Source of the DNA: Endomicrobiia bacterium
Lineage (GTDB): Bacteria; Elusimicrobiota; Endomicrobiia; DTEH01
DNA length: 64,000 nucleotides
NCBI GenBank assembly: GCA_039630545.1
Contig: JBCNUU010000002.1
Span: 127,994-191,993 of the forward strand
Direction: 5' to 3'
Positions 48,149-56,099 of the stretch are shown in pieces (position 1 is the first letter of the stretch; each line of letters opens with the position of its first letter). A program made the translations under genes and the position numbers. Under the pieces are notes generated by a model. That model worked only from the letters and a program-made list of their open reading frames with translations, was not told where the DNA came from and made no database searches.

Positions 48149-50128
48149 TTGGTTGAAGTCTGGAGGGATGTGAATGGAGACGGGTTATTAAACTTACAGG
48201 ATGTGAAATTAGGTGAAAGTAGGTTTGAAAATAACATAGCTTTAGTGATTTTTGATCAACCAGAGAAAATAGATAAACAAGAATATCTATCTCAATATGC
48301 CACATACTTTATTTGCTGTTATATACCTAAAAATGCCCAACCAGATGAAAAACTCAGGTTGTATATTTCTACCGGCACATACTTTACATTAGGTGGTGTA
48401 GATGTTGTAGAAAGCGGAAATTTTCCTTTAGTTTCTCCTCAGCTTACAATAGCTGACTGGCCAGATGAAGTTTCTTTTGAAGCGGTTTCTTTAGCACCAG
48501 CTGAAGCTGCACTGTATGAAACAGATGTAGCTTTGGCAAAGTTTGATCTTTTAGCATTTTGTGATGCAACTTTAGAAGAACTAAATATTACTCATGAAGG
48601 AACTTCAGAGCCTGGTAATACTGTAAAATTGGTTAAAGTATATTTAGATGATGGTGACTTAAGGTTTGATAAAGATAAAGATATAATAGTTTCAACAGGT
48701 GTATTTGATTCTTCCGGAAAATGTAAATTAAAATTTTTTAATCCTCAAAATAGACTTAAATATCCTCCAGTTCTTATTCTAGACGAAAATGTAAGAATAT
48801 TTGTGACTTTTGATTTTAGTGAAGATGCGATTCCAGATAAAACGATAGGTTTCGGAATAGATCCTACCGGTTTAAGCTATAATTTACCTAATAGACAAAA
48901 ACCATTTGGATATTTTTCTACTTCAAAAATAACGCTTCTGGATAAAAGAACACCAACAAAACCTAAAATATTTCCTTATGTCCCACTTAATAGAGGTATA
49001 GATACAGGTAGAGAAATAGAAAATCTTGTTTATTACACTCCTTACAATAACGAGATAAAGTTTAACTGGTATTCAGAAGCTCCTTTTGGTGGTGGGATAA
49101 AATCTGGTTATGCGGGGATTGCTTTAAGAAAACCTAAACATCTCAGTGACATTCCTGATCTGGTAAATTTTATTCCTATAGGAGATGTTGGTGATTTTAC
49201 TCTCTCTGGATTAAATCTTGAACATAACAAAGTTTATTACTTATGGATAAAGGCAGAAAGTAATGCTGGATTTACGAGGTTAAATTATGTGACCCTTTTT
49301 ATAGACAATACTCCTGCTTCTGAACCTCAACCTCCTTTTTCCACTTTACCTTCAAATAATATTTTTTGGGTTAATACCAATTTAAAAGAAGATGATGAAA
49401 GCTTTCTAGAAAGTGTTGAAATAGAAGAAAGAGTTCATCAGGAGTATATTTGGAATAATGTAAAATCGGTAAAGCTCCCTGTGGAGGAGATAATTAAAAG
49501 TATATATATGAAAACAATACCTGTAAGAATAGAAAACGATAAAATCATTTTTTCTTCAAGAAGTATATTATCGGATGATGTGATAGTGGAGTATAATTTT
49601 GTTGTTACAGTTTCTACGCCTCAAAATTTTGAAGTAATAAACTTTAAAACATTATTTTCATTTTTGGGTTATAAACTTGAAAGTTATTCTATAAAACTTG
49701 AGAACCGTTTTTCTAATAAAGAAATTAATAAAGTATATTATTATCGTGCAAGAAGTAGAAATGTTGTAGGACTCTATTCTGACTTTTCAGAAGTTTCTAA
49801 AGCTATTTATCTTGGACTTCCTGACACTACGATTCTGGAACTTACAACTTTTCCAAATCCATGCGATGTAAGAAAAGATGTTTTAAAGATAAGTTATATT
49901 TTAACAGAAGATGCTGAAGTTAATATAAAAATTTTTGATATTTTAGGAGGGTTGGTTTATCAAAAGAGTTATCCTTTAGGTTCTTCATATACATCACGAG
50001 GAACACATTTTATTGAGATTCCGGAAAGCAAAAATTTTGCTGCAGGAATGTATATAATGTATTTACAAACAAAAGATAAAAATGGTAACATTTCAAATAA
50101 AAAGTGGAAAATAGGAATAATTAGATGA
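48149..50128 (+). CDS. C-terminal part of the same protein, ending in a T9SS type A-like sorting domain
   Basis: Same frame as 42974 and one codon after the TAG; no signal peptide; ends FPNP...ISYIL...VNIKIFDILGGLV...GMYIMYL...KKWKIGIIR. Confidence 0.8.
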   Translation: MVEVWRDVNGDGLLNLQDVKLGESRFENNIALVIFDQPEKIDKQEYLSQYATYFICCYIPKNAQPDEKLRLYISTGTYFTLGGVDVVESGNFPLVSPQLTIADWPDEVSFEAVSLAPAEAALYETDVALAKFDLLAFCDATLEELNITHEGTSEPGNTVKLVKVYLDDGDLRFDKDKDIIVSTGVFDSSGKCKLKFFNPQNRLKYPPVLILDENVRIFVTFDFSEDAIPDKTIGFGIDPTGLSYNLPNRQKPFGYFSTSKITLLDKRTPTKPKIFPYVPLNRGIDTGREIENLVYYTPYNNEIKFNWYSEAPFGGGIKSGYAGIALRKPKHLSDIPDLVNFIPIGDVGDFTLSGLNLEHNKVYYLWIKAESNAGFTRLNYVTLFIDNTPASEPQPPFSTLPSNNIFWVNTNLKEDDESFLESVEIEERVHQEYIWNNVKSVKLPVEEIIKSIYMKTIPVRIENDKIIFSSRSILSDDVIVEYNFVVTVSTPQNFEVINFKTLFSFLGYKLESYSIKLENRFSNKEINKVYYYRARSRNVVGLYSDFSEVSKAIYLGLPDTTILELTTFPNPCDVRKDVLKISYILTEDAEVNIKIFDILGGLVYQKSYPLGSSYTSRGTHFIEIPESKNFAAGMYIMYLQTKDKNGNISNKKWKIGIIR

Positions 50129-51237
50129 AAAAATACATTTTTAGTTTTTTATTTTTAATAGTTTCAGTGAAATTTTTAAATTCTACATCTAGTCAATCTA
50201 TGCCTGTTTTGTCTTATCCTATAGGTGCAAAGATAAATGCTATGGGAAACACTTATAATTCATTGGGTTTTGATGTATTTAGTTCTTTGTTAAATCCGGC
50301 TGTAGTTGGAGTACTTGATAAGAAAAATATCGGGTTGACTACTGCTTTACTTTATGAGTCTACTATACTTAGTTTTTTTGGGTATGTTTTACCTACTTTA
50401 GATTTTGGTAATTTTTCTTTTAATACTGTTTATCTTAATAGTTTCGCTGCTAAACAAACAGATGAATTTAATAGATTTACTGGGAAGGAGTTTTCTTATA
50501 GTAACTTAATTACAAGTATTGGTTGGGGTAAAGAATTTGTAATCAGGAAAGTTTATATTGGAGGCAATATAAAATTTTTATTAGAAACGATTGACGGTTA
50601 TAGCCGTAGTTTCTTGACTTCCGGTTTAGGAGCAATATATAGATTTTCTTCAGCTGTAGACTTGGCTGGAAATATAAACAATGTTTTAAATTTAAAACTA
50701 ACCTCTACGGAAGATGATTTGCCATTGGGAATAAATTTAGGAATTGGTATAAAACCGTTTGAAAAATTAAATTTAGGATTTGATTTTGGTAAGAATATAT
50801 TCAAGGGTAAATTTTCAGATAGATACTCATTTGGTATAAATTGGTCTCCTTTAAAGACATTTTCTATTCGTGCAGGAAAAAACGAGCTTGAAAGTTCCTT
50901 TGGCTTTGGTGTAAATTTTAAAAACATGAGTGTTGATTATGCGCTGGTTTTACAAGAATATCTGGGGTTTTCTCACAGAGTTTCTTTAGATTTTAAATTT
51001 GGGAAAACATTGGATGAAATATGGGCAGAAAGGATGAAGACACTTCCTGCGACAGAAGAGTTAGAAATTATAGAAGCAAAACTTCAAACTGAAGAAGAAA
51101 AAAGAAGATACTTTCAGAGTTTATTTAATGAAGCTGTTAAAAATTATACAACTGGCAATTACAAACAAGCCCTGAATAATTTTAATAAAGCAAAAGAAAT
51201 ACAACCAGAAGCTACTGATATAGATATATATAGATAG
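50125..51237 (+). CDS. PorV/PorQ-like outer-membrane beta-barrel fused to TPRs, N-terminal part (frameshifted)
   Basis: Signal peptide, IGAKINAMG...NPA, alternating beta strands, DYAL...LGFSHRVSLDFKFG, then the first TPR; ATGA overlap with the upstream gene. Confidence 0.78.
   Translation: MKKYIFSFLFLIVSVKFLNSTSSQSMPVLSYPIGAKINAMGNTYNSLGFDVFSSLLNPAVVGVLDKKNIGLTTALLYESTILSFFGYVLPTLDFGNFSFNTVYLNSFAAKQTDEFNRFTGKEFSYSNLITSIGWGKEFVIRKVYIGGNIKFLLETIDGYSRSFLTSGLGAIYRFSSAVDLAGNINNVLNLKLTSTEDDLPLGINLGIGIKPFEKLNLGFDFGKNIFKGKFSDRYSFGINWSPLKTFSIRAGKNELESSFGFGVNFKNMSVDYALVLQEYLGFSHRVSLDFKFGKTLDEIWAERMKTLPATEELEIIEAKLQTEEEKRRYFQSLFNEAVKNYTTGNYKQALNNFNKAKEIQPEATDIDIYR
51224..51232 (+). repeat. (AT)4A microsatellite at the frameshift site
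   Basis: gATATATATAg; adding one AT unit joins the two frames. Confidence 0.7.
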
Positions 51238-51718
51238 AATAAATCTTGTTACCTCCTTATATTCTTCAATTACACCAACAGATAAAGTATCTAGTCTTTT
51301 AGTAAGGGGCATAAGCTATTACATAAACGGGGATAATGTTTCAGCAGTAAAAGTAATAAATTATGCTTTAAGTTTATCTCCTGATGATATTCAAATTTCA
51401 AGGTTGTTAACAAAGATAGAAGAAAAAACAGGTGTTAGAGCAGAAAAAATAGAAAACTTAGCAGGTACTACTATAGTAGACAAATTACATAGTGAATCAT
51501 TAATTGCGTTTAGAAAACGGGATTATGCCACAGCCATAAAACTCTGTGAAGAGATTTTATTGTTAGAACCCGAAGATGTCTTAGCTTACAAGAGATTAGG
51601 TTCTGCATTTTATGCTCTTGGTCAAAAAGATAAAGCTTTACAGATGTGGCAACAAGCTCTTCAGTTAGATCCTAAAGATGAGAAATTAAAAAATATGATA
51701 GAAAATATTAAAAAATAA
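51233..51718 (+). CDS. C-terminal TPR part of the PorV-like gene (frame open from 51224)
   Basis: DRINLVTSLY...LLVRGISYYING...ALSLSPDD runs without a stop into the 51404 ORF (AYKRLGSAFYALG...ALQLDP). Confidence 0.78.
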   Translation, partial: DRINLVTSLYSSITPTDKVSSLLVRGISYYINGDNVSAVKVINYALSLSPDDIQISRLLTKIEEKTGVRAEKIENLAGTTIVDKLHSESLIAFRKRDYATAIKLCEEILLLEPEDVLAYKRLGSAFYALGQKDKALQMWQQALQLDPKDEKLKNMIENIKK

Positions 51719-51805
51719 AAACTTTTTATTTTCCTTTTTTATTTTTCTCTTCTTTAATTTTCCTCTAATCTTGAAATGATTTTAATGATTTTGTAAAAAA
51801 TTTTT

Positions 51806-52852
51806 ATGAATTTTAAACTTAAAGAAATAGCTAAAATTGTAGAAGGTGAGTTATATGGAGATGAAAATATAATAATAAAAGGGATAAATGAAATAGAAAA
51901 AGCAGAAAACAACGAAATCTGTGTATTAAGAAATATAAAAAATAAAAGTTCTTTGAAAACCACAAAAGCCACAGCAGTAATTGTTCCATATAAAATAGAT
52001 GATATTGCAATAGCTCAAATAGTAGTCAAAAATGTAGATTTAGCTTTTATTAAATTATTAGAAATTATCTTTCAAGAAAAACAAAAACCTTATAAAGGGA
52101 TTCACACTACAGCTATAATAGACAAAAATGTAAAAATTCATGATAGTGTATATGTAGGCCCTTACTGTGTGATTGAAGAAGGTGTTGAGATATTAGAAAA
52201 CACAAAGATTATGTGTTTTGTATATATAGGTAGAAATGTAAAAATAGGAAAAAATGTGATTGTATATCCACATGTAACAATTAGAGAAGACACTGTGATA
52301 GGTAACAATGTTGTAATTCATAGTGGTACTGTAATAGGAAGTGACGGGTTTGGGTATACTAAAATTGAAGAAAAATATGTAAAAATTCCTCAGATAGGGA
52401 AAGTAGTAATAGAAGATGATGTAGAAATAGGAGCAAATGTTACAATAGACAGAGCCACTATTTCAGAAACTTATATTGGAAAGGGAACTAAAATTGATAA
52501 CCTTGTTCATATAGCACATAATGTTAAAATAGCAGAGAATGTTTTAATATTAGCACAGGTTGGTATTGCAGGGAGTAGTCAGATTGGTAAAAACACAATA
52601 CTTGCTGGACAAACAGGTGTTACAGATCATATAAAAGTAGGAGAAAATGTAATTGCAGGTCCACGAACAGGGATAGTGCAGAATATAGAGGACAATCAGA
52701 TTGTTTGGGGTACACCTCCTATACCTTTTGATGAGCAAAAAAAAATATCAATTGCTTCAAAGCGATTACCAAAATTGTTAAAAGAATTTTCTGAACTGAA
52801 AAATAAATTTCATCAATTACAAGAACTTTTTTTTTCTAAAGAAAAAAAATAG
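51806..52852 (+). CDS. lpxD: UDP-3-O-acylglucosamine N-acyltransferase
   Basis: Hexapeptide repeats; motifs IGSDGFGY, IPQIGKV, EIGANVTIDRA and KIDNLVHIAHNV. Confidence 0.96.
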   Translation: MNFKLKEIAKIVEGELYGDENIIIKGINEIEKAENNEICVLRNIKNKSSLKTTKATAVIVPYKIDDIAIAQIVVKNVDLAFIKLLEIIFQEKQKPYKGIHTTAIIDKNVKIHDSVYVGPYCVIEEGVEILENTKIMCFVYIGRNVKIGKNVIVYPHVTIREDTVIGNNVVIHSGTVIGSDGFGYTKIEEKYVKIPQIGKVVIEDDVEIGANVTIDRATISETYIGKGTKIDNLVHIAHNVKIAENVLILAQVGIAGSSQIGKNTILAGQTGVTDHIKVGENVIAGPRTGIVQNIEDNQIVWGTPPIPFDEQKKISIASKRLPKLLKEFSELKNKFHQLQELFFSKEKK

Positions 52853-52862
52853 ATTTAATTTT

Positions 52863-52936
52863 GGGCGTGTAGTTCAGATGGCCAGAACGCACGGTTCACA
52901 TCCGTGAGGTCAGAGGTTCAACTCCTCTCACGCCCA
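52863..52936 (+). tRNA. tRNA-Val (anticodon CAC); CCA not encoded
   Basis: Acceptor stem GGGCGTG/CACGCCC with discriminator A; anticodon arm CACGG-TTCACAT-CCGTG; T arm AGAGG-TTCAACT-CCTCT. Confidence 0.95.
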
Positions 52937-52962
52937 TTTTTATTTATGGAGGTAAAAATAAC

Positions 52963-53229
52963 ATGGTTTTGACAAAAGAAAAAATAAAAGAGATAATAAA
53001 AAAATATGGTAAAAATGAAAAAGATTCAGGTTCAGCTGAAGTTCAAATAGTTTTACTCACAGAAAGAATTAACAATCTTTTAAGACATTTTTCAGTTCAT
53101 AAAAAAGATTTTTTGACAAAAAGAAGTTTTTTAAAACTTATAGGTAAAAGAAGAAGATTGTTGAAGTACCTAAAACGTACAAATCCTCAAAAGTACGATC
53201 AAATAGTAAAAGAAATAGGATTAGAATAA
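52963..53229 (+). CDS. rpsO: 30S ribosomal protein S15
   Basis: Motifs DSGSAEVQIVLLTERI, HKKD and KRRRLLKYL; GGAGG SD. Confidence 0.97.
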   Translation: MVLTKEKIKEIIKKYGKNEKDSGSAEVQIVLLTERINNLLRHFSVHKKDFLTKRSFLKLIGKRRRLLKYLKRTNPQKYDQIVKEIGLE

Positions 53230-53253
53230 TTTTAATAAATTTTAAAGTAATCA

Positions 53254-55398
53254 ATGAAGGAAATCTTTGAATTTACTACTAAAATACTTAAAAAAGACAA
53301 AGACACTTCAGCCGTATCCTTTATAGATACAGTAAAAAAAATAGAATTCGAATTCGGTGAGCTTGCTAAACAAGCAAATTTTTCCGTAAAGGTAACTTGT
53401 GGTGGAACAAGTGTTTTATGTTGTGTGGTTGTATCTAAGTATGAGAACAAGGAAATACCTTCGGAACCATTGGTCCCTTTAATTGTAGATTATAGAGAAA
53501 GAACATATGCTGCTGGTAAAATACCGGGTGGTTTTTTTAAACGAGAAGGTAAGCCCAGAGAACACGAAATTCATGTTTCTCGTCTAATTGATAGAACCTT
53601 AAGACCTTTATTTCCTAAAGATTTAAATAGAGATGTTCATATAAGTGTGTTAGTGCTTTCCTTTGATCCTGAAAATGATCCAACATCTTTAGCAGTTTTA
53701 GGTTCTTCTTTAGCAGTATCCTTATCTGATATTCCTTTTGAAGGTGGATGTAGCTGTTTTAGATTAGGTAAAATAAATGATCAATACATAGTTAATCCTT
53801 CTTTTTATGAATTAGAAGTAAGTAAACTGGATATAATAGCTGGTTTTTACAAAGATCAAATTTTGATGATAGAAACAGAAGCAGATAATATAGAAGAAGA
53901 AGAGATAATTGAAGCACTAAATTTTTTGATACCATATGCAAGATCATATTATGAATTTCAAAAGATGATAATTGAAAAATATGGTAAACAAAAATTTTCT
54001 ATTATAAAGAAATATGATTCAGAAAATCTTGTAAAATTAAATAAGGATAATTTTGTAAGTGAAGTTGAGAAAGTATTAGAAATTAAAAATAAAGAAGAAA
54101 GGGAATATGCATACATAGAATTAGCAAAAAAGATAGAAATATCTAAAGAATTTTGTGACGAAAGTATTTTAAAAAACGAGGAATTGTTAGATAGTTTAAA
54201 ACAGAGAATTTTTTTTACTATATTACGAGAAGTTGTCAGAAATAAAATTTTACACTCTAAAGTAAGAATAGACAGTAGAAGCTACGATGACATAAGAGAA
54301 ATAAAATGTCAAGTTGGAGTTTTGCCCAGAACTCATGGATCTTCAATTTTTCAAAGAGGACAAACACAAGCATTAGTAACTGTGACTTTAGGCACTTTTT
54401 CTGATGTTCAAATAATGGATGAATTGGTAGGAGAATACAAAGAAAGGTTTATTTTTCATTATAACTTTCCAGGATTTGCTACTGGAGAAGTAAAGCCTGA
54501 AAGAGGAGTTTCAAGACGAGAATTAGGTCATGGTTTTTTGGCTAAAAAATCTTTAGAGGCTGTTATTCCTTCTCAAGAAGAATTTCCTTATACAATAAGA
54601 ATTGTTTCTGACATTTTAGAGTCTAATGGTTCTTCATCTATGGCTTCGGTTTGTGGAGCCACTTTAGCACTTCTTGATGCAGGAGTAAAAATAAAAGATC
54701 TGGTTGCTGGAGTAGCTGTTGGTTTAATTAAAGAAGGTGATGATTATGCTATTTTAATTGATATTGCTGGAATTGAAGATCATTGTGGAGATATGGATTT
54801 CAAGATAGCAGGGACAGAAAGTGGTATAACAGCGATACAGTTAGATCTGAAAATTTTAGGAATTCCTGTATCATTAGTAAAAGAGATTTTATCTAAAGCA
54901 AAGCAAGCGAGAGTTAAAATTTTAAATATTATGAGAAGTGTAATAGATAAGCCTCGGGAAACAATTTCTATTTATGCTCCAAGAATTAAAGTAATGCAGA
55001 TACCCGTGGATAAAATTGGAGATTTAATTGGACCTAAAGGTAAAAATATAAAGCAAATTATAGAAGAGACCCAATCAAAAATTGAAATAGAAGAAAACGG
55101 AAAAATATTTATTTCAGCTGAAAGTGATGAATTTTTAGATAAAGCAATAAATAAAATAGAGTTGTTAACAAAGGAGTTAGAAATAGGAAAAGTTTATTTA
55201 GGTAAAGTAAAAAAGGTTGTAAACTATGGAGTTTTTGTAGAACTGTTACCTAATAAAGTTGGTTTGTTGCATATTTCTCAGCTTAAACAAAAAGTTAAAG
55301 ATATCCAAGAAGTGTTTTCTGAAGGTGATGAAATTTTTGTAAAAGTTATAAATATAGATGAAGAAGGAAGACCGGTTTTATCACAAAGAGGTATTTAA
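53254..55398 (+). CDS. pnp: Polyribonucleotide nucleotidyltransferase
   Basis: Motifs YAAGKIPGGFFKREG, RRELGHG, ESNGSSSMAS and GDMDFK; KH and S1 domains. Confidence 0.98.
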   Translation: MKEIFEFTTKILKKDKDTSAVSFIDTVKKIEFEFGELAKQANFSVKVTCGGTSVLCCVVVSKYENKEIPSEPLVPLIVDYRERTYAAGKIPGGFFKREGKPREHEIHVSRLIDRTLRPLFPKDLNRDVHISVLVLSFDPENDPTSLAVLGSSLAVSLSDIPFEGGCSCFRLGKINDQYIVNPSFYELEVSKLDIIAGFYKDQILMIETEADNIEEEEIIEALNFLIPYARSYYEFQKMIIEKYGKQKFSIIKKYDSENLVKLNKDNFVSEVEKVLEIKNKEEREYAYIELAKKIEISKEFCDESILKNEELLDSLKQRIFFTILREVVRNKILHSKVRIDSRSYDDIREIKCQVGVLPRTHGSSIFQRGQTQALVTVTLGTFSDVQIMDELVGEYKERFIFHYNFPGFATGEVKPERGVSRRELGHGFLAKKSLEAVIPSQEEFPYTIRIVSDILESNGSSSMASVCGATLALLDAGVKIKDLVAGVAVGLIKEGDDYAILIDIAGIEDHCGDMDFKIAGTESGITAIQLDLKILGIPVSLVKEILSKAKQARVKILNIMRSVIDKPRETISIYAPRIKVMQIPVDKIGDLIGPKGKNIKQIIEETQSKIEIEENGKIFISAESDEFLDKAINKIELLTKELEIGKVYLGKVKKVVNYGVFVELLPNKVGLLHISQLKQKVKDIQEVFSEGDEIFVKVINIDEEGRPVLSQRGI

Positions 55399-55401
55399 GA
55401 T

Positions 55402-55875
55402 ATGAAAAAAGAAACTGATAAACTAATTGATGATCGTATTATAAATAAGTTAAAAGAAGTTTATTCTTTAATGTATGAAGCCGATGTTAAAGAAATAGAT
55501 ATAAAACTCGAAGAACACACTTTGAAAATTAAAAGGTTTTCTAATGTAGAATCTGATAACAAATATTTTGAAAAAAGCCAGGTTATAAAAGAAGAACAAC
55601 CTAAAGAAACCAAGAAAGATGAAGAACTTATAAAGGGTGAAGAAATTTTGTCTCCGTTAAATGGGATATTTTATAGATCACCTTCTCCAGGTGCACCACC
55701 ATTCGTAAAAGAAGGAGATATTGTAGCTGCAGGAAGTATTTTATGTATCATTGAAGCTATGAAAGTTATGAACGAAATTAAAGCAGATAAAAACTGTAGA
55801 ATTTTAAAAGTTTTATGTGAAAATGGTGCACCGGTTTCGGCCGGGACTAAATTATTTATTGTAGAAAAAGTATAG
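55402..55875 (+). CDS. accB: Acetyl-CoA carboxylase biotin carboxyl carrier protein
   Basis: Motifs SPLNGIFYRSPSP and IIEAMKVMNEI. Confidence 0.93.
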   Translation: MKKETDKLIDDRIINKLKEVYSLMYEADVKEIDIKLEEHTLKIKRFSNVESDNKYFEKSQVIKEEQPKETKKDEELIKGEEILSPLNGIFYRSPSPGAPPFVKEGDIVAAGSILCIIEAMKVMNEIKADKNCRILKVLCENGAPVSAGTKLFIVEKV

Positions 55876-55889
55876 AGAAAAAATATGTT

Positions 55890-56099
55890 ATGAATTATAA
55901 ACCGCAGGAAATAGGACTTACAGCTGGTAGAATATGGAATTATTTGAATAATAAAAATGATTTTGTTGAAGTTTTAGAATTAAAGTTTGAATTAAAACTT
56001 AATAATACTGATTTATATCTTGCATTAGGGTGGTTAGCTAGAGAAGATAAAATTGAGTTTCTTGTTGAAGACAATTCTCTGAAAGTGAAATTAAAATGA
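55890..56099 (+). CDS. Small winged-helix protein (DUF2582-like)
   Basis: IGLTAGRIWNYL...LYLALGWLAREDKI. Confidence 0.8.
   Translation: MNYKPQEIGLTAGRIWNYLNNKNDFVEVLELKFELKLNNTDLYLALGWLAREDKIEFLVEDNSLKVKLK

Noticed and set aside
51711..51755. Intrinsic terminator after the PorV-TPR gene
   Set aside because: The stem is purely A/T (AAAATAAAAA/TTTTATTTT), too weak to call in such AT-rich DNA.
52863..52936. tRNA used as an integration site for the upstream giant-gene module
   Set aside because: No duplicated tRNA 3' end or integrase was seen, and the flanking genes are core genes.
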